Virus record (IMG/VR): IMGVR_UViG_3300024239_000017
Direction: 5' to 3' (one strand)
DNA length: 64,000 bases
Source: a virus
Shown: positions 1-9,685 of the stretch, piece by piece
Numbering within the stretch: position 1 is the first letter of the stretch
Layout of the letters: every line of letters starts with the position of its first letter
Program-made: the position numbers and the translations under genes
Notes under the pieces: generated by a model
Told to the model about the DNA's origin: nothing
The model's database searches: none
The model's input: the letters and a program-made list of their open reading frames with translations, nothing else

Positions 1-1
1 A

Positions 2-508
2 AATGGTTTTGTATTTGAAGAAGCAGGTGGTGCCGATATGAATATGGAATTATATTTCAATTGGGAGAACGCAACTTTTCCAAAACATATTCAAGAAGTA
101 GTAGATTTCATTTTAGAGGACGAAGAGGTTAAAGAAATATTAGATTTTCAGCATGCAGAAGCTATCCTTTTCTATGAAAAAAGAGAAAAAGATAAAAAAG
201 ACTCATTAGTAAAAGCATTAGTAAAATTAGGTAAAACACAAAAAGAAATAGAATTATTTATAGAGGATTTATTTAATGAAGATTTTATAACACCTGATAC
301 CAATAAGTATAAACCTTATTATCCTATATGTGATTACTCTATTATAACAATGTTTGATGAAAATACTCATGATTCATATATCAAAGCTGCAATAGAGATA
401 TGTAAGGATATTTTAGAAAATAGTTCTTTAGAAAGAGAATCTAATGTAAAATTTGCAAATAGCTTTTTAAATAAAGATTTTATAAAAAATGTAAATGACA
501 AGAATTAA
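2..508 (+). CDS. hypothetical protein, 5'-truncated by the window
   Basis: The frame of ORF 38..508 is open back to position 2; no recognisable motif. Confidence 0.6.
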   Translation, partial: NGFVFEEAGGADMNMELYFNWENATFPKHIQEVVDFILEDEEVKEILDFQHAEAILFYEKREKDKKDSLVKALVKLGKTQKEIELFIEDLFNEDFITPDTNKYKPYYPICDYSIITMFDENTHDSYIKAAIEICKDILENSSLERESNVKFANSFLNKDFIKNVNDKN

Positions 509-899
509 TTTAGGTATAAATCCTATATTTTTAAGTAAAGCACATTTATTAGCTGAGCATAGAGAAATAAAACGTATACCAAATACAATAAAATCTGGTA
601 AAGCCGTAGTTAAAAACATACCTGAAAAATTTACTTTAGGTACAGGACATGTTAAATTCTTCTATGATAAGTTATTTTATCTTAAAAAAAGATATGATAA
701 AATATATCTAGAATGTATTAATAGAGAATTAAATGTTACATATTATGGTGACGCCTTTGAAGATTTACCTGTAGAATTGTGTAATGATTATTCTCCAACA
801 AAAAAAGATATAAATATAATACTTTCTAGGTTATTAGAAAGAGATTATGATTTTTATTCAAAGTTATCAAACGTTGTACTTTATTTAAATAAAATTTAA
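495..899 (+). CDS. denV: pyrimidine dimer DNA glycosylase / endonuclease V
   Basis: N-terminus MTRINL...HLLAEHREIKRI and FTLGTGHVKFFYDKL match the T4 DenV family pattern. Confidence 0.9.
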   Translation: MTRINLGINPIFLSKAHLLAEHREIKRIPNTIKSGKAVVKNIPEKFTLGTGHVKFFYDKLFYLKKRYDKIYLECINRELNVTYYGDAFEDLPVELCNDYSPTKKDINIILSRLLERDYDFYSKLSNVVLYLNKI

Positions 900-900
900 C

Positions 901-1296
901 ATGAAAAATATAGTAGAAAATAATAGATTAATTGCCGAGTTTTTAAATTGGGAATTTGATGATTTATCAGAAACTTTTGAAACACCTTTTTTAAAATTAG
1001 TAGAACCTCAGGCTTTTGGTGATGAACAATTTAGTTGTAAATTACAAGATTTTGAATTAGAATTCCATTCAGATTGGAATTGGTTAATGGAAGTAGTAGA
1101 AAAAATACACAGTATGCAATCTTACGGAGTTCTTATAAATCCAAACGGAACTTATATACAAGACGAAGATGATAAAGTAATTTGTATGACTTTTAAGAAT
1201 GAAGAAGTCAATGGAGAAATTATTTCAAGCTCTAATATCGAAGCTACATTTAATTGCTGTGTAGAATTTGTTAATTGGTATAACGAACAAAAATAA
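901..1296 (+). CDS. hypothetical phage protein (FHSDWNWLMEVVEKI family)
   Basis: Tightly packed ORF. Confidence 0.7.
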   Translation: MKNIVENNRLIAEFLNWEFDDLSETFETPFLKLVEPQAFGDEQFSCKLQDFELEFHSDWNWLMEVVEKIHSMQSYGVLINPNGTYIQDEDDKVICMTFKNEEVNGEIISSSNIEATFNCCVEFVNWYNEQK

Positions 1297-1302
1297 ATAA
1301 TT

Positions 1303-1764
1303 ATGAATAAAATTATAGCTGTAGAAAAAATAGATTTATCTTCTTTTTTAGAACAAAGAACAAAAGAAGTAAATGCTTTTCATTCAACACAGATCGACAA
1401 AAGAAAGGAAAGAATTGTAAAATTAACTCCATATATTGCTCAAGCGCTGTTTGGAATGGTAGAAATACACAATCATCTTATAAAAAATAATTCGGAAATA
1501 TTTCTTTTTAAAAACGGTTTTATTGAAGATAGTCATTCGTTTGTAAATGATCAAATAAATAAAGAAAGTAATTGGAAATTTTATAATGATATAACAAACA
1601 AACATTATACAAATGTATCTTTTGAATATTCATCATTATATATTTGGTTATCAGATAATTACGGGACTATGAAATATACATCAAATGCAGTATATCAAAT
1701 GATTGTAACTGACAAAGGTAGTATATATTACCCTTATAATGTAGAAGCATTTCTTAAAAATTAA
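1303..1764 (+). CDS. hypothetical protein
   Basis: Tightly packed ORF. Confidence 0.65.
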   Translation: MNKIIAVEKIDLSSFLEQRTKEVNAFHSTQIDKRKERIVKLTPYIAQALFGMVEIHNHLIKNNSEIFLFKNGFIEDSHSFVNDQINKESNWKFYNDITNKHYTNVSFEYSSLYIWLSDNYGTMKYTSNAVYQMIVTDKGSIYYPYNVEAFLKN

Positions 1765-1791
1765 TAGATATAAAGATAAAATAATCTTAAA

Positions 1792-2412
1792 ATGAATGAA
1801 TTAAGTTTTAAAACAGAAGTGTTAAGATATTTTGACGATTTAGAAGCTAAAGCATTATTTTTAATAGCAATAGCGTATCATAACGGAGAATTGACTAGAG
1901 AAAGTTATTTCGGACAATTAAAATCTTTAAGAAAAGGTTTACTATTAAAAGAAAAAAAATCTTATCATTGTAAACTAGACGGTAGATGGTATAATGATCA
2001 ATCAATAAGTTCAATATTATCAGAGATAGCAGACTATAGTTTTGATCATTTGGTTTTGACTGGAGATGATTTATTAACCACAATTCAAGATTATTCTAAT
2101 AAAAATTATAACTATTGTATAAATTTATTATATTCCAAATATATAAAAGAAATATTAAATAAATGTTCTTTTTATTCAGATGTTTGTGAAGATTTAATTA
2201 TTAGAGGTTTTGATTTTCCAATAGATATTAGAGTAGAAGGAACTGATTATCGTTGCGATTGTTGTGGTAGAGAAAAACAAGAGGTAAATAGATATTTAAC
2301 TATAGAAAATGCAGAAACTAAAATGATGGAATATTTACAATCCCTAAAAAAAGGAAATCAAAATAAAATTCCAAAATTAGAAAATGTATATGTCTATAAA
2401 TTTATTAAATAA
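1792..2412 (+). CDS. hypothetical protein
   Basis: ORF whose stop overlaps the next start (TAATG). Confidence 0.7.
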   Translation: MNELSFKTEVLRYFDDLEAKALFLIAIAYHNGELTRESYFGQLKSLRKGLLLKEKKSYHCKLDGRWYNDQSISSILSEIADYSFDHLVLTGDDLLTTIQDYSNKNYNYCINLLYSKYIKEILNKCSFYSDVCEDLIIRGFDFPIDIRVEGTDYRCDCCGREKQEVNRYLTIENAETKMMEYLQSLKKGNQNKIPKLENVYVYKFIK

Positions 2413-3257
2413 TGAAAATTAGAACAGATATATCAGCAAATTATAGAGCTGTATTTTTCAACGGTAAAACAATTAGACAACGTATTGATAATTCAAAACC
2501 TATTACCACACCAAAGTTTGCAGAAATAGAAGATGTAGCTATTAATTCGAAGTGTTTAGCGAATTGTTCTTATTGTTATACTAACGCACTCAAAACAGGC
2601 TCAAATTTCACAGATATTATTGAAAAGGTACACAAGGTATGGGGAGTAAGAGATGAGAACGACAAACCTTTCCAAATAGCTATAGGAGGCGCAGGGGAAC
2701 CAACACTTCATCCGCAATTCAAAGAATTTGTAAAAACAGTAAAAGAAGTAGGTATAATGCCTAATTACACTACTAACGGAATGCATCTATCTGAGGAAAT
2801 TCTACAAGCAACAGAAGAGTATTGTGGCGGTGTAGCTGTAAGTTTTCATCCGCATATTGAAAAAGTTTTTTATAAAGCTGTAGAAACATTATCCACAATC
2901 AACACTAGACTTAATTGTCATGTAATAATTGGAGATGAAAAATCTTTGGTAGATTTACAAAAAATGTATGATAAGTATTCAGACGTATTAGAATACATTG
3001 TAGTTCTTCCTTATCAAGCAGTAGGTAGAGCAAAACAAATAGAAACAGAAGAAGTTTGGAAAAAAACTTTTGAATGGATTAATACAGTTAATTCACAACA
3101 ATTTGCCTTTGGTGCGTTATTTTATCCTTATTTACAAAATAACGAGGTAGAATTAGATATAGATGTTTATGAACCTGAAATCTATTCTGGTTATAGAATA
3201 TTTGATGATAGTTTTATGCATCTAAGACATTCGTCTTATGACTTAAATTTTAAATAA
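2412..3257 (+). CDS. radical SAM enzyme
   Basis: CLANCSYC (CxxxCxxC), GGAGEPTLHP and YTTNG motifs. Confidence 0.9.
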   Translation: MKIRTDISANYRAVFFNGKTIRQRIDNSKPITTPKFAEIEDVAINSKCLANCSYCYTNALKTGSNFTDIIEKVHKVWGVRDENDKPFQIAIGGAGEPTLHPQFKEFVKTVKEVGIMPNYTTNGMHLSEEILQATEEYCGGVAVSFHPHIEKVFYKAVETLSTINTRLNCHVIIGDEKSLVDLQKMYDKYSDVLEYIVVLPYQAVGRAKQIETEEVWKKTFEWINTVNSQQFAFGALFYPYLQNNEVELDIDVYEPEIYSGYRIFDDSFMHLRHSSYDLNFK

Positions 3258-3281
3258 TATTTATTGTATAAATTACAAAAA

Positions 3282-3662
3282 ATGAAAAACCTAGTATTTA
3301 TTTTAAGAATAGATAATACTATTGACTTAATAACAAATTCATCTTCCGAATTGTTTGTGATTAAATCCACAAAACAAAAAGAAGTTATAATAAAAATGTT
3401 AGAAAAAGCACTCGAAGGTATATATGATTATAATATAGAATTGGGTGAAAGAATTTTAAAAGAGAAGGAAGAATGGGAAGTAGATTATGAAAAAACAAAT
3501 TTTCTAAATAATTTTCCAGAAGAAAAACATGAGGAAATAGAAGCATTGTTTTCTCAAACAAATTGGTATTCTTTTGTAATAGATAGAGACCATGAATACA
3601 TACGTGAAATTGAAAACACGTTAATTAAAATAGGATTTGAATTAATAGACACAGATTACTAA
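3282..3662 (+). CDS. hypothetical protein with DLITNSSSELFV motif
   Basis: Paralogue of the next gene; ATG at 3282 preferred over the TTG at 3264. Confidence 0.75.
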   Translation: MKNLVFILRIDNTIDLITNSSSELFVIKSTKQKEVIIKMLEKALEGIYDYNIELGERILKEKEEWEVDYEKTNFLNNFPEEKHEEIEALFSQTNWYSFVIDRDHEYIREIENTLIKIGFELIDTDY

Positions 3663-4186
3663 TGAAAAAAACATTATTCACAATATTTGTAGATAATACA
3701 ATAGATATTATTACAAACAGTAGCTCAGAGTTATTTGTACTAAACGGAGATACTTTAAACTCAGTACAACAAATGGTATCAAGTATTCATCCAGATTATC
3801 TTACTGAATATTATGAGGTAGTCGCTTTAAAAGATGCAGATGATATGATAGTAGAAACTTATCTAGATTGGATAGAAAATTCTTACCATAATTATTGGGA
3901 AGAAACAATAGGTATGTCGGAAAAAGAAAGAATTGAATATGATATTGCAAAACATACCAAGGAAGCAGAAAAATATGGAATGTTACCAGAAGCATTTTTT
4001 GAAAATTGGGATGAGAGAAACGATAAATATTTTTATAGTAGAATTTCTGAAAAAGGATATGACGCAGTAAGACATACTTTAGACCCCAACGGAAGAATAT
4101 TCTTATTATTATCTCTATATGATAATCCAAATTGGGATAAGCAAGAGGCTCTGATGAATATTGGTAGTAGATACCATTTAGGGTAA
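3662..4186 (+). CDS. hypothetical protein with DIITNSSSELFV motif
   Basis: N-terminus shared with 3282..3662. Confidence 0.75.
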   Translation: MKKTLFTIFVDNTIDIITNSSSELFVLNGDTLNSVQQMVSSIHPDYLTEYYEVVALKDADDMIVETYLDWIENSYHNYWEETIGMSEKERIEYDIAKHTKEAEKYGMLPEAFFENWDERNDKYFYSRISEKGYDAVRHTLDPNGRIFLLLSLYDNPNWDKQEALMNIGSRYHLG

Positions 4187-4214
4187 TTAAAAATAACAAT
4201 TAAAAAATATAAAA

Positions 4215-4730
4215 ATGGATTATACATCATTATTTTATTGGCTAGTAGTTGCTGATAATATGAAATCTTTATTTAAAGTAGGTATTACAATATTTACTAT
4301 AATTGCACTGTTTGCAACAATAGTTAATATAGTCTCTAAAGCAAACTATTTAGAGAAAGGAAGTGAGGATTATTTAAAAGACTCTATTGCTGCAAAAAAA
4401 TGGATTTGGTGGTCTTATCCTTTAACTTTTTTATTTTGGTCTTTGTTTATTTTAACACCATCTAAAAGAGATTCATTACTTATTGTAGCTGGCGGAGGTA
4501 CATTAAATTTCTTAACTACTGATTCTACGGCTAAAAAAATTCCACATGAAATGACCAATTTTGTTTTGACGGAATTGAAAAATATGGCTAAAGAAAACGA
4601 AGTAGAATTAGGAATTAACGAACAAAAAGAAAAAGTTATTGAAGAAGCTAAGAAAATGTCTTCTGAAGAACTTATAAATAAGATTAAAACTGATTCCACG
4701 TTTAAGAAAATTCTAGTAGAAGAAAAATAA
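4215..4730 (+). CDS. putative membrane protein
   Basis: Two to three hydrophobic segments. Confidence 0.7.
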   Translation: MDYTSLFYWLVVADNMKSLFKVGITIFTIIALFATIVNIVSKANYLEKGSEDYLKDSIAAKKWIWWSYPLTFLFWSLFILTPSKRDSLLIVAGGGTLNFLTTDSTAKKIPHEMTNFVLTELKNMAKENEVELGINEQKEKVIEEAKKMSSEELINKIKTDSTFKKILVEEK

Positions 4731-4966
4731 TGGTAACATTTGAATTAATAGAATTATATTTTAACTCTGAAAAAGGAGATGAAAAATATAAAGTAGAAGA
4801 TTATTCTATAAATGGATCAATCATAACGATTCGTTACAAAAGATATGTAGAACATATAACCAAAGAAGGTAAAGATGAAAGCTGGTGGAATTATGATAAT
4901 TACACTGAAGTAGAATTACTTGATTATATTACATTTGTTTTCAATACTATTAATAATAACAAATAA
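4730..4966 (+). CDS. hypothetical protein
   Basis: Start overlaps the upstream stop. Confidence 0.6.
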   Translation: MVTFELIELYFNSEKGDEKYKVEDYSINGSIITIRYKRYVEHITKEGKDESWWNYDNYTEVELLDYITFVFNTINNNK

Positions 4967-5065
4967 AAATATAGTTATGAATGAATTTATTCAAAATGTT
5001 TTACTAATTTATTGTGCTTTAATGCTTACAGCTATTTATCATATATTAAAACGTAAAAAATAATT

Positions 5066-5347
5066 ATGACAGCAGAAGAATTTTTAAAAAATAGTAAAAA
5101 TGTAAGTTACACCTCTTTAAAAGATGAAGTTAAATTATATTTTATTGAACAAGATTTAATAGAGTTTGCAAAGATGCATGTTGAAGAAGCGTTAAAACAA
5201 GCTAGTGAAAAAGCTTATGAAGAATATATAGATTTAAATACAAAAGAAATATTTGATTATACGGATGTTATGGTAGATGATGGTGTAGGAGTTAATATAA
5301 ATAAAGATTCTATTTTAAATGCATATCCTTTAGAAAACATTAAATAA
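5066..5347 (+). CDS. hypothetical protein (IEFAKMHVEEAL...SILNAYPLENIK family)
   Basis: Packed ORF. Confidence 0.7.
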   Translation: MTAEEFLKNSKNVSYTSLKDEVKLYFIEQDLIEFAKMHVEEALKQASEKAYEEYIDLNTKEIFDYTDVMVDDGVGVNINKDSILNAYPLENIK

Positions 5348-5348
5348 T

Positions 5349-5735
5349 ATGAAACGATTAACAGAAAAAGATATTCAAAAAATAAACAAATCTTTAGAAT
5401 ATCCATGGGATCAAGGAATATATAAAGAACCTTTCGGTGTAGAGCATGTAAAAGAACATGTTATATATCAAAGACACAATTCACATGGGTATTCTGGTGG
5501 AAATTGTTGGGGAAACGAAGCAGAATATTACAGTAATGATGACAGACCAGAATGGGAAGTTTTTGATAAAGCTTTAAAAGAAGTTTGTCCACAAATTTCA
5601 TATTTACAATATAAAGATATTGAAAAATTAATAACACATTTAGAAAGAGGAGAAGGAGGATACTATGGTAATAATGATTATTATGATATTTGGTATTTAC
5701 CCTTAGAAACACTTTATAAATATTTAGGTATATGA
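5349..5735 (+). CDS. hypothetical protein
   Basis: Packed ORF with GYSGGNCWG motif. Confidence 0.7.
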   Translation: MKRLTEKDIQKINKSLEYPWDQGIYKEPFGVEHVKEHVIYQRHNSHGYSGGNCWGNEAEYYSNDDRPEWEVFDKALKEVCPQISYLQYKDIEKLITHLERGEGGYYGNNDYYDIWYLPLETLYKYLGI

Positions 5736-5823
5736 ATATATCTAGAAAATAATATAAGTTTAGACCTTATTTAACAAAAGATCAATATAATAAAATATTA
5801 GCATACATTGTAAAAATTGAATT

Positions 5824-6018
5824 ATGATAAAAACAATAGGTTTTTGGTTAGGAGTAGACGTGTTAGGATTTTCTAACGTACATTTTCATACATTAGTGTA
5901 TAAAAATGAATTACTTCCTAAAATAATAAATATTCCTACTAATAAAAAGTTAGGCACCAAATTTAATACAATAAATATAAATAGAAAAATTCTTCCTATC
6001 AAAGATAGAATAGATTAA
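5824..6018 (+). CDS. small hypothetical protein
   Basis: Short ORF in the operon orientation. Confidence 0.4.
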   Translation: MIKTIGFWLGVDVLGFSNVHFHTLVYKNELLPKIINIPTNKKLGTKFNTININRKILPIKDRID

Positions 6019-6036
6019 CTCCACACTCAAAATATT

Positions 6037-6501
6037 ATGAAAGAACAATTTATACCATATGAATTAGCATTAGAACTTAAAAAATTAGGTTTTAATGAGC
6101 CATGTTTTGCTATATGGTCAGGGTTTGATGAAAATAATTTTAGTGTGACAGACACTGTAAGGCTTTTTTCTTCAAAATTTAGTATTGATGGAACTCAATC
6201 TAACACATTATATATTAATCCTACTGATAATAGAGTTTCAGCACCTCTTTGGCAACAAGCTTTTGATTGGTTCAGAGAAAGGGGATATAACGCATGTATT
6301 GAAGTTACAGACACAACTATACATTATTATTGGAGTATTACTATACAAGATTCAAACGATAGAGAATATAATGACGTAGATTTAATAGACTCTGTTAATA
6401 ACAGATGGTATAGTTCATTACGTTTTGAAAACTATGACAACGCTAGAATAGAAGCTATTAAAATAATAATTGATTTATATAAAAAGTATTTAGATAGATA
6501 A
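6037..6501 (+). CDS. hypothetical protein, 'ALELKKLGF...APLWQQAFDWFR' family
   Basis: Paralogous to 9032..9436 and 11476..11886. Confidence 0.75.
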   Translation: MKEQFIPYELALELKKLGFNEPCFAIWSGFDENNFSVTDTVRLFSSKFSIDGTQSNTLYINPTDNRVSAPLWQQAFDWFRERGYNACIEVTDTTIHYYWSITIQDSNDREYNDVDLIDSVNNRWYSSLRFENYDNARIEAIKIIIDLYKKYLDR

Positions 6502-6503
6502 TT

Positions 6504-6746
6504 ATGAGCGATATTTATATTTACGAAGAAGAATCCGCACCTCCGAGACCTGATCACGGAAATAATTGTCACGGTCATTTTACTTCAATTTCAGTAGGAG
6601 GTAATGGACATAGTGTAGGAGACGGTTGTGGTTGTGAAGGAATTAATCCTGAAACAAGTATAGACTTTATAATTCCTTTTTTACTTATTACAGTAATATT
6701 ATTAATCTATAAAAAATTAAATAAGGTTTGTCAAATTAAAACTTAA
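6504..6746 (+). CDS. small Cys/His-rich protein with C-terminal membrane anchor
   Basis: C-terminal SIDFIIPFLLITVILLIYKK. Confidence 0.6.
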   Translation: MSDIYIYEEESAPPRPDHGNNCHGHFTSISVGGNGHSVGDGCGCEGINPETSIDFIIPFLLITVILLIYKKLNKVCQIKT

Positions 6747-6750
6747 TAAA

Positions 6751-7101
6751 ATGGAACGTACAATAAACACAAAATTTTATGAATTCAGACAAAATAATTC
6801 TGGTGGCTCATTTTCAAATTCTGAAGAAGATGGAATTTGTGAATATGTAATTATTGAAGCATTAAATGCTGATGATGCCAATAATAGAGCAGAAGACATA
6901 GGATTGTATTTTGATGGATGTTATAATGGTAGCGATTGTCCTTGTTGTGGTGATAGATGGTATAGAGTAGATGAAAGCGATGGTTCAGATGTTCCGTCAA
7001 TTTATGGTACACCTTTAGAAAATACACAAAAAAGTTTTTTCAGAGATAAATGCTTTGTTCATTATTTAGATGGTACATTTAAGAAAATAGAATTGAGATA
7101 A
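6751..7101 (+). CDS. conserved phage hypothetical protein (QNNSGG / DCPCCGDRW)
   Basis: Cys cluster motif. Confidence 0.75.
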   Translation: MERTINTKFYEFRQNNSGGSFSNSEEDGICEYVIIEALNADDANNRAEDIGLYFDGCYNGSDCPCCGDRWYRVDESDGSDVPSIYGTPLENTQKSFFRDKCFVHYLDGTFKKIELR

Positions 7102-7154
7102 AAGTCACCAACAAGTGTTGAATTACTTATTAAACAATTCAAAAATAAACAATC

Positions 7155-7568
7155 ATGAAAAAATTTACAGAATATATATTTGAAAAAGCACCTTATTGGA
7201 TTGTATTTTTTATAGGATGGATAATATCTACTATTTTTGGGTTTGTAATATGGACTCTTCTTAATTATATAGGAGAACACGATTTAGAGTTGCTAAAAAT
7301 ATTCCACCTTAATTTATTTTTAGGATTTTTTATAGGAGGTATAATGTTTTCATTATATGTTTCAATGTTCAGAAAACAATTATTATTTTCTAAATATTCT
7401 AAAGAAGTTGAAACACTAGTAGAAAATGCAAAAACTAAAGAAGAATTGCTACTAATTTGCGAAAATGAGTTTATTAAATTAAAAGAATCAAGTATAGACT
7501 ATTATCATACTTTAAAAGTAAAAGAAATATTTGCGGTAATGAAAACAAAGTATAAATATTTAGATTAA
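7155..7568 (+). CDS. putative membrane protein
   Basis: Two hydrophobic segments. Confidence 0.65.
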   Translation: MKKFTEYIFEKAPYWIVFFIGWIISTIFGFVIWTLLNYIGEHDLELLKIFHLNLFLGFFIGGIMFSLYVSMFRKQLLFSKYSKEVETLVENAKTKEELLLICENEFIKLKESSIDYYHTLKVKEIFAVMKTKYKYLD

Positions 7569-7570
7569 TT

Positions 7571-7792
7571 ATGAAAACAAACATTTTATCATTCCTATTA
7601 GGAATCTGTATGATGATTATTTTATCAATGGGAACAAAGACAAATAATTTATTTATTGTAAAACCAGCAAGACCTATTTCTGTAGTGAAAACAAGTAGCT
7701 GGGAAGAGTCACAACAATTTATAAGAAAAGGTTATATTGTAAAAACAGCTTTTGGAGATTATCACAAGTCATACATATTAGAAAAGTATTAA
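7571..7792 (+). CDS. small exported/membrane protein
   Basis: Hydrophobic N-terminus; paralogue of 20668..20925. Confidence 0.65.
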   Translation: MKTNILSFLLGICMMIILSMGTKTNNLFIVKPARPISVVKTSSWEESQQFIRKGYIVKTAFGDYHKSYILEKY

Positions 7793-7794
7793 CC

Positions 7795-8568
7795 ATGAAA
7801 AATATATATTTAATACCAACAGATAAAGGAAGTAAATTAACAATAAGAAAATCAGACAGTAAATTATTATTTTCAAAAGATTATTTTAATACAGAATTAG
7901 GAGGAAATCAACATATTTACATTATTTCTGATGAAGAAATTAAAGATGGAGATTGGGTATATTGTAAACATCTTAATTGTATTCTACAATTTAAAAATCC
8001 AAGTAATAGACATTTTTATAAAAAAATCATTTTAACAACAGACCAAGACTTAATTAAAGATGGTGTACAAGCTATTGACGATGAGTTTTTAGAATGGTTT
8101 GTTAAGAATCCTACTTGTGAGTTTATTAATGTTGATGAAAAAACTCCTGATGAGATAGAAGTTGAATTAAATATTCACGGACATGATATAGGGCTAACTG
8201 ACAGGGAATTTGATGAGTGGTTAAATAACGGTGGTCAATTATATAAAATAATCATTCCAAAACCAGAACAAAAACAAATACTTTCAGAAATGATGCAAGA
8301 AGATGAAAAATCAGGATTGTATGACGAAACAATAGAACAAGCTGCTCAAGAATATTCAAAGTATTTAGATGACTTTTCTTATAAAGACTTTTACGCAGGA
8401 GCTTTATACCAACAAAAACAAACGTATTCTAAACAACAAACATTTGAACTAATGAAACAAGCTTTTGAAGCAGGTTTTAAAAAAGCTGATACCGTAGAAG
8501 CAGGTTTAGAACCTAAAGAAACTGAACAAGAAGTTAATTGGATTTTAACAAAATTTAAAAATAAATAA
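7795..8568 (+). CDS. hypothetical modular phage protein
   Basis: KKIILTTDQDLIKDGVQAIDDEFLEWFVKNP block; C-terminal module shared with 11888..12139. Confidence 0.75.
   Translation: MKNIYLIPTDKGSKLTIRKSDSKLLFSKDYFNTELGGNQHIYIISDEEIKDGDWVYCKHLNCILQFKNPSNRHFYKKIILTTDQDLIKDGVQAIDDEFLEWFVKNPTCEFINVDEKTPDEIEVELNIHGHDIGLTDREFDEWLNNGGQLYKIIIPKPEQKQILSEMMQEDEKSGLYDETIEQAAQEYSKYLDDFSYKDFYAGALYQQKQTYSKQQTFELMKQAFEAGFKKADTVEAGLEPKETEQEVNWILTKFKNK
8425..8568 (+). repeat. 144-bp near-identical repeat, copy 1
   Basis: Matches 11996..12139 (YSKQQ...EAGLEPKETEQEVNWIL..KNK). Confidence 0.85.
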
Positions 8569-8569
8569 C

Positions 8570-8815
8570 ATGGAAAAAATAATAACTAATATATGTGCAA
8601 TATATTATGGTATAACCATGTTGATAGGTTTATTGGTATGTATTATAGATAGTATATTTTTATTGACAATTAATAAAAGATTTTTTTATTTTGTAAATAT
8701 AGATTTCTTTCTTATTAATTTGTTACTATGTCCTTCAATAATGTTAATATTGATTTATTTTGGTAAATTAGTAGATTTAATAATTAAATATAAAAATGAC
8801 AGCAGAAGAATTTAA
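8570..8815 (+). CDS. putative membrane protein
   Basis: Two hydrophobic segments. Confidence 0.6.
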   Translation: MEKIITNICAIYYGITMLIGLLVCIIDSIFLLTINKRFFYFVNIDFFLINLLLCPSIMLILIYFGKLVDLIIKYKNDSRRI

Positions 8816-9047
8816 CAAAAAATATGAAAAATATATTGAACCAAGATTTTATGGTTTAGATATATCAAATGAAGACTTTATTAAATGGTTAGATAATAAA
8901 TTTGAAGTATTTATTACAAGACCTAATTTTAAATTCTATCAAATTAAAACAAAATTTGGTATGGGTAGATTTTATTGTGAGGGTCTGAGTCAAGAAGAAG
9001 TATACGAAGTAGAAGAAAAAATATCTAACTTATGCAAGAACAATTAA
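8796..9047 (+). CDS. hypothetical protein (QIKTKFGMGRFY)
   Basis: Packed ORF. Confidence 0.65.
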   Translation: MTAEEFNKKYEKYIEPRFYGLDISNEDFIKWLDNKFEVFITRPNFKFYQIKTKFGMGRFYCEGLSQEEVYEVEEKISNLCKNN

Positions 9048-9436
9048 TTAGTTTTGAAACAGCAAAACTTGCTAAAGAAAAAGGATTTAACATTTTTACA
9101 GATGTTTGTTTTGCTAACACTCCTAATAGTGACGATAAGCAGTATAAAAAAATAAAGTTACATCATAGTCATTCTGTAGGAAGTGTAGATAGTTTTGGTA
9201 ATATATTAACATTAGTTGCTTATGCACCAACGCAATCACTACTTTCTAAATGGTTGAGGGAAAAACATAATATTATCATTTTAGTTTTATATGATGGAAA
9301 AACTTTTTATTATCAAATACAAAGAAAAGAATGGGAAGATTGTATTATACAGTTTGATTTAACACTTAACCAAACTTATGAAGAAGCCTACGAGATTGGA
9401 TTACAAGAAGCATTAAAGCAAATACCTAATATATGA
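9032..9436 (+). CDS. hypothetical protein, 'AKLAKEKGF...APTQSLLSKWLR' family
   Basis: Paralogue of the 6037 and 11476 genes. Confidence 0.7.
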   Translation: MQEQLISFETAKLAKEKGFNIFTDVCFANTPNSDDKQYKKIKLHHSHSVGSVDSFGNILTLVAYAPTQSLLSKWLREKHNIIILVLYDGKTFYYQIQRKEWEDCIIQFDLTLNQTYEEAYEIGLQEALKQIPNI

Positions 9437-9681
9437 AAATAATATTAAAACAATTTTTAATAGTAGACGAGGATAGACAAGAAGAATTTAGAACTAAAAT
9501 AGATTTTACTTCATGTATTAAAAAATATAAACATGGTGATTTATATTTGGAAGTATGTGAGACAATACCTCAGCGCGGATTTTTCTATGAAGGAAACGGT
9601 TATAAAAAAATATTCATTGGTAAACTAAATTCTAAATTAAAAATAGAAGATTATTTGAAAATAAGACAACAAATTAATTAA
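9433..9681 (+). CDS. hypothetical protein
   Basis: ATGA overlap with the previous gene. Confidence 0.6.
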   Translation: MKIILKQFLIVDEDRQEEFRTKIDFTSCIKKYKHGDLYLEVCETIPQRGFFYEGNGYKKIFIGKLNSKLKIEDYLKIRQQIN

Positions 9682-9685
9682 AATT

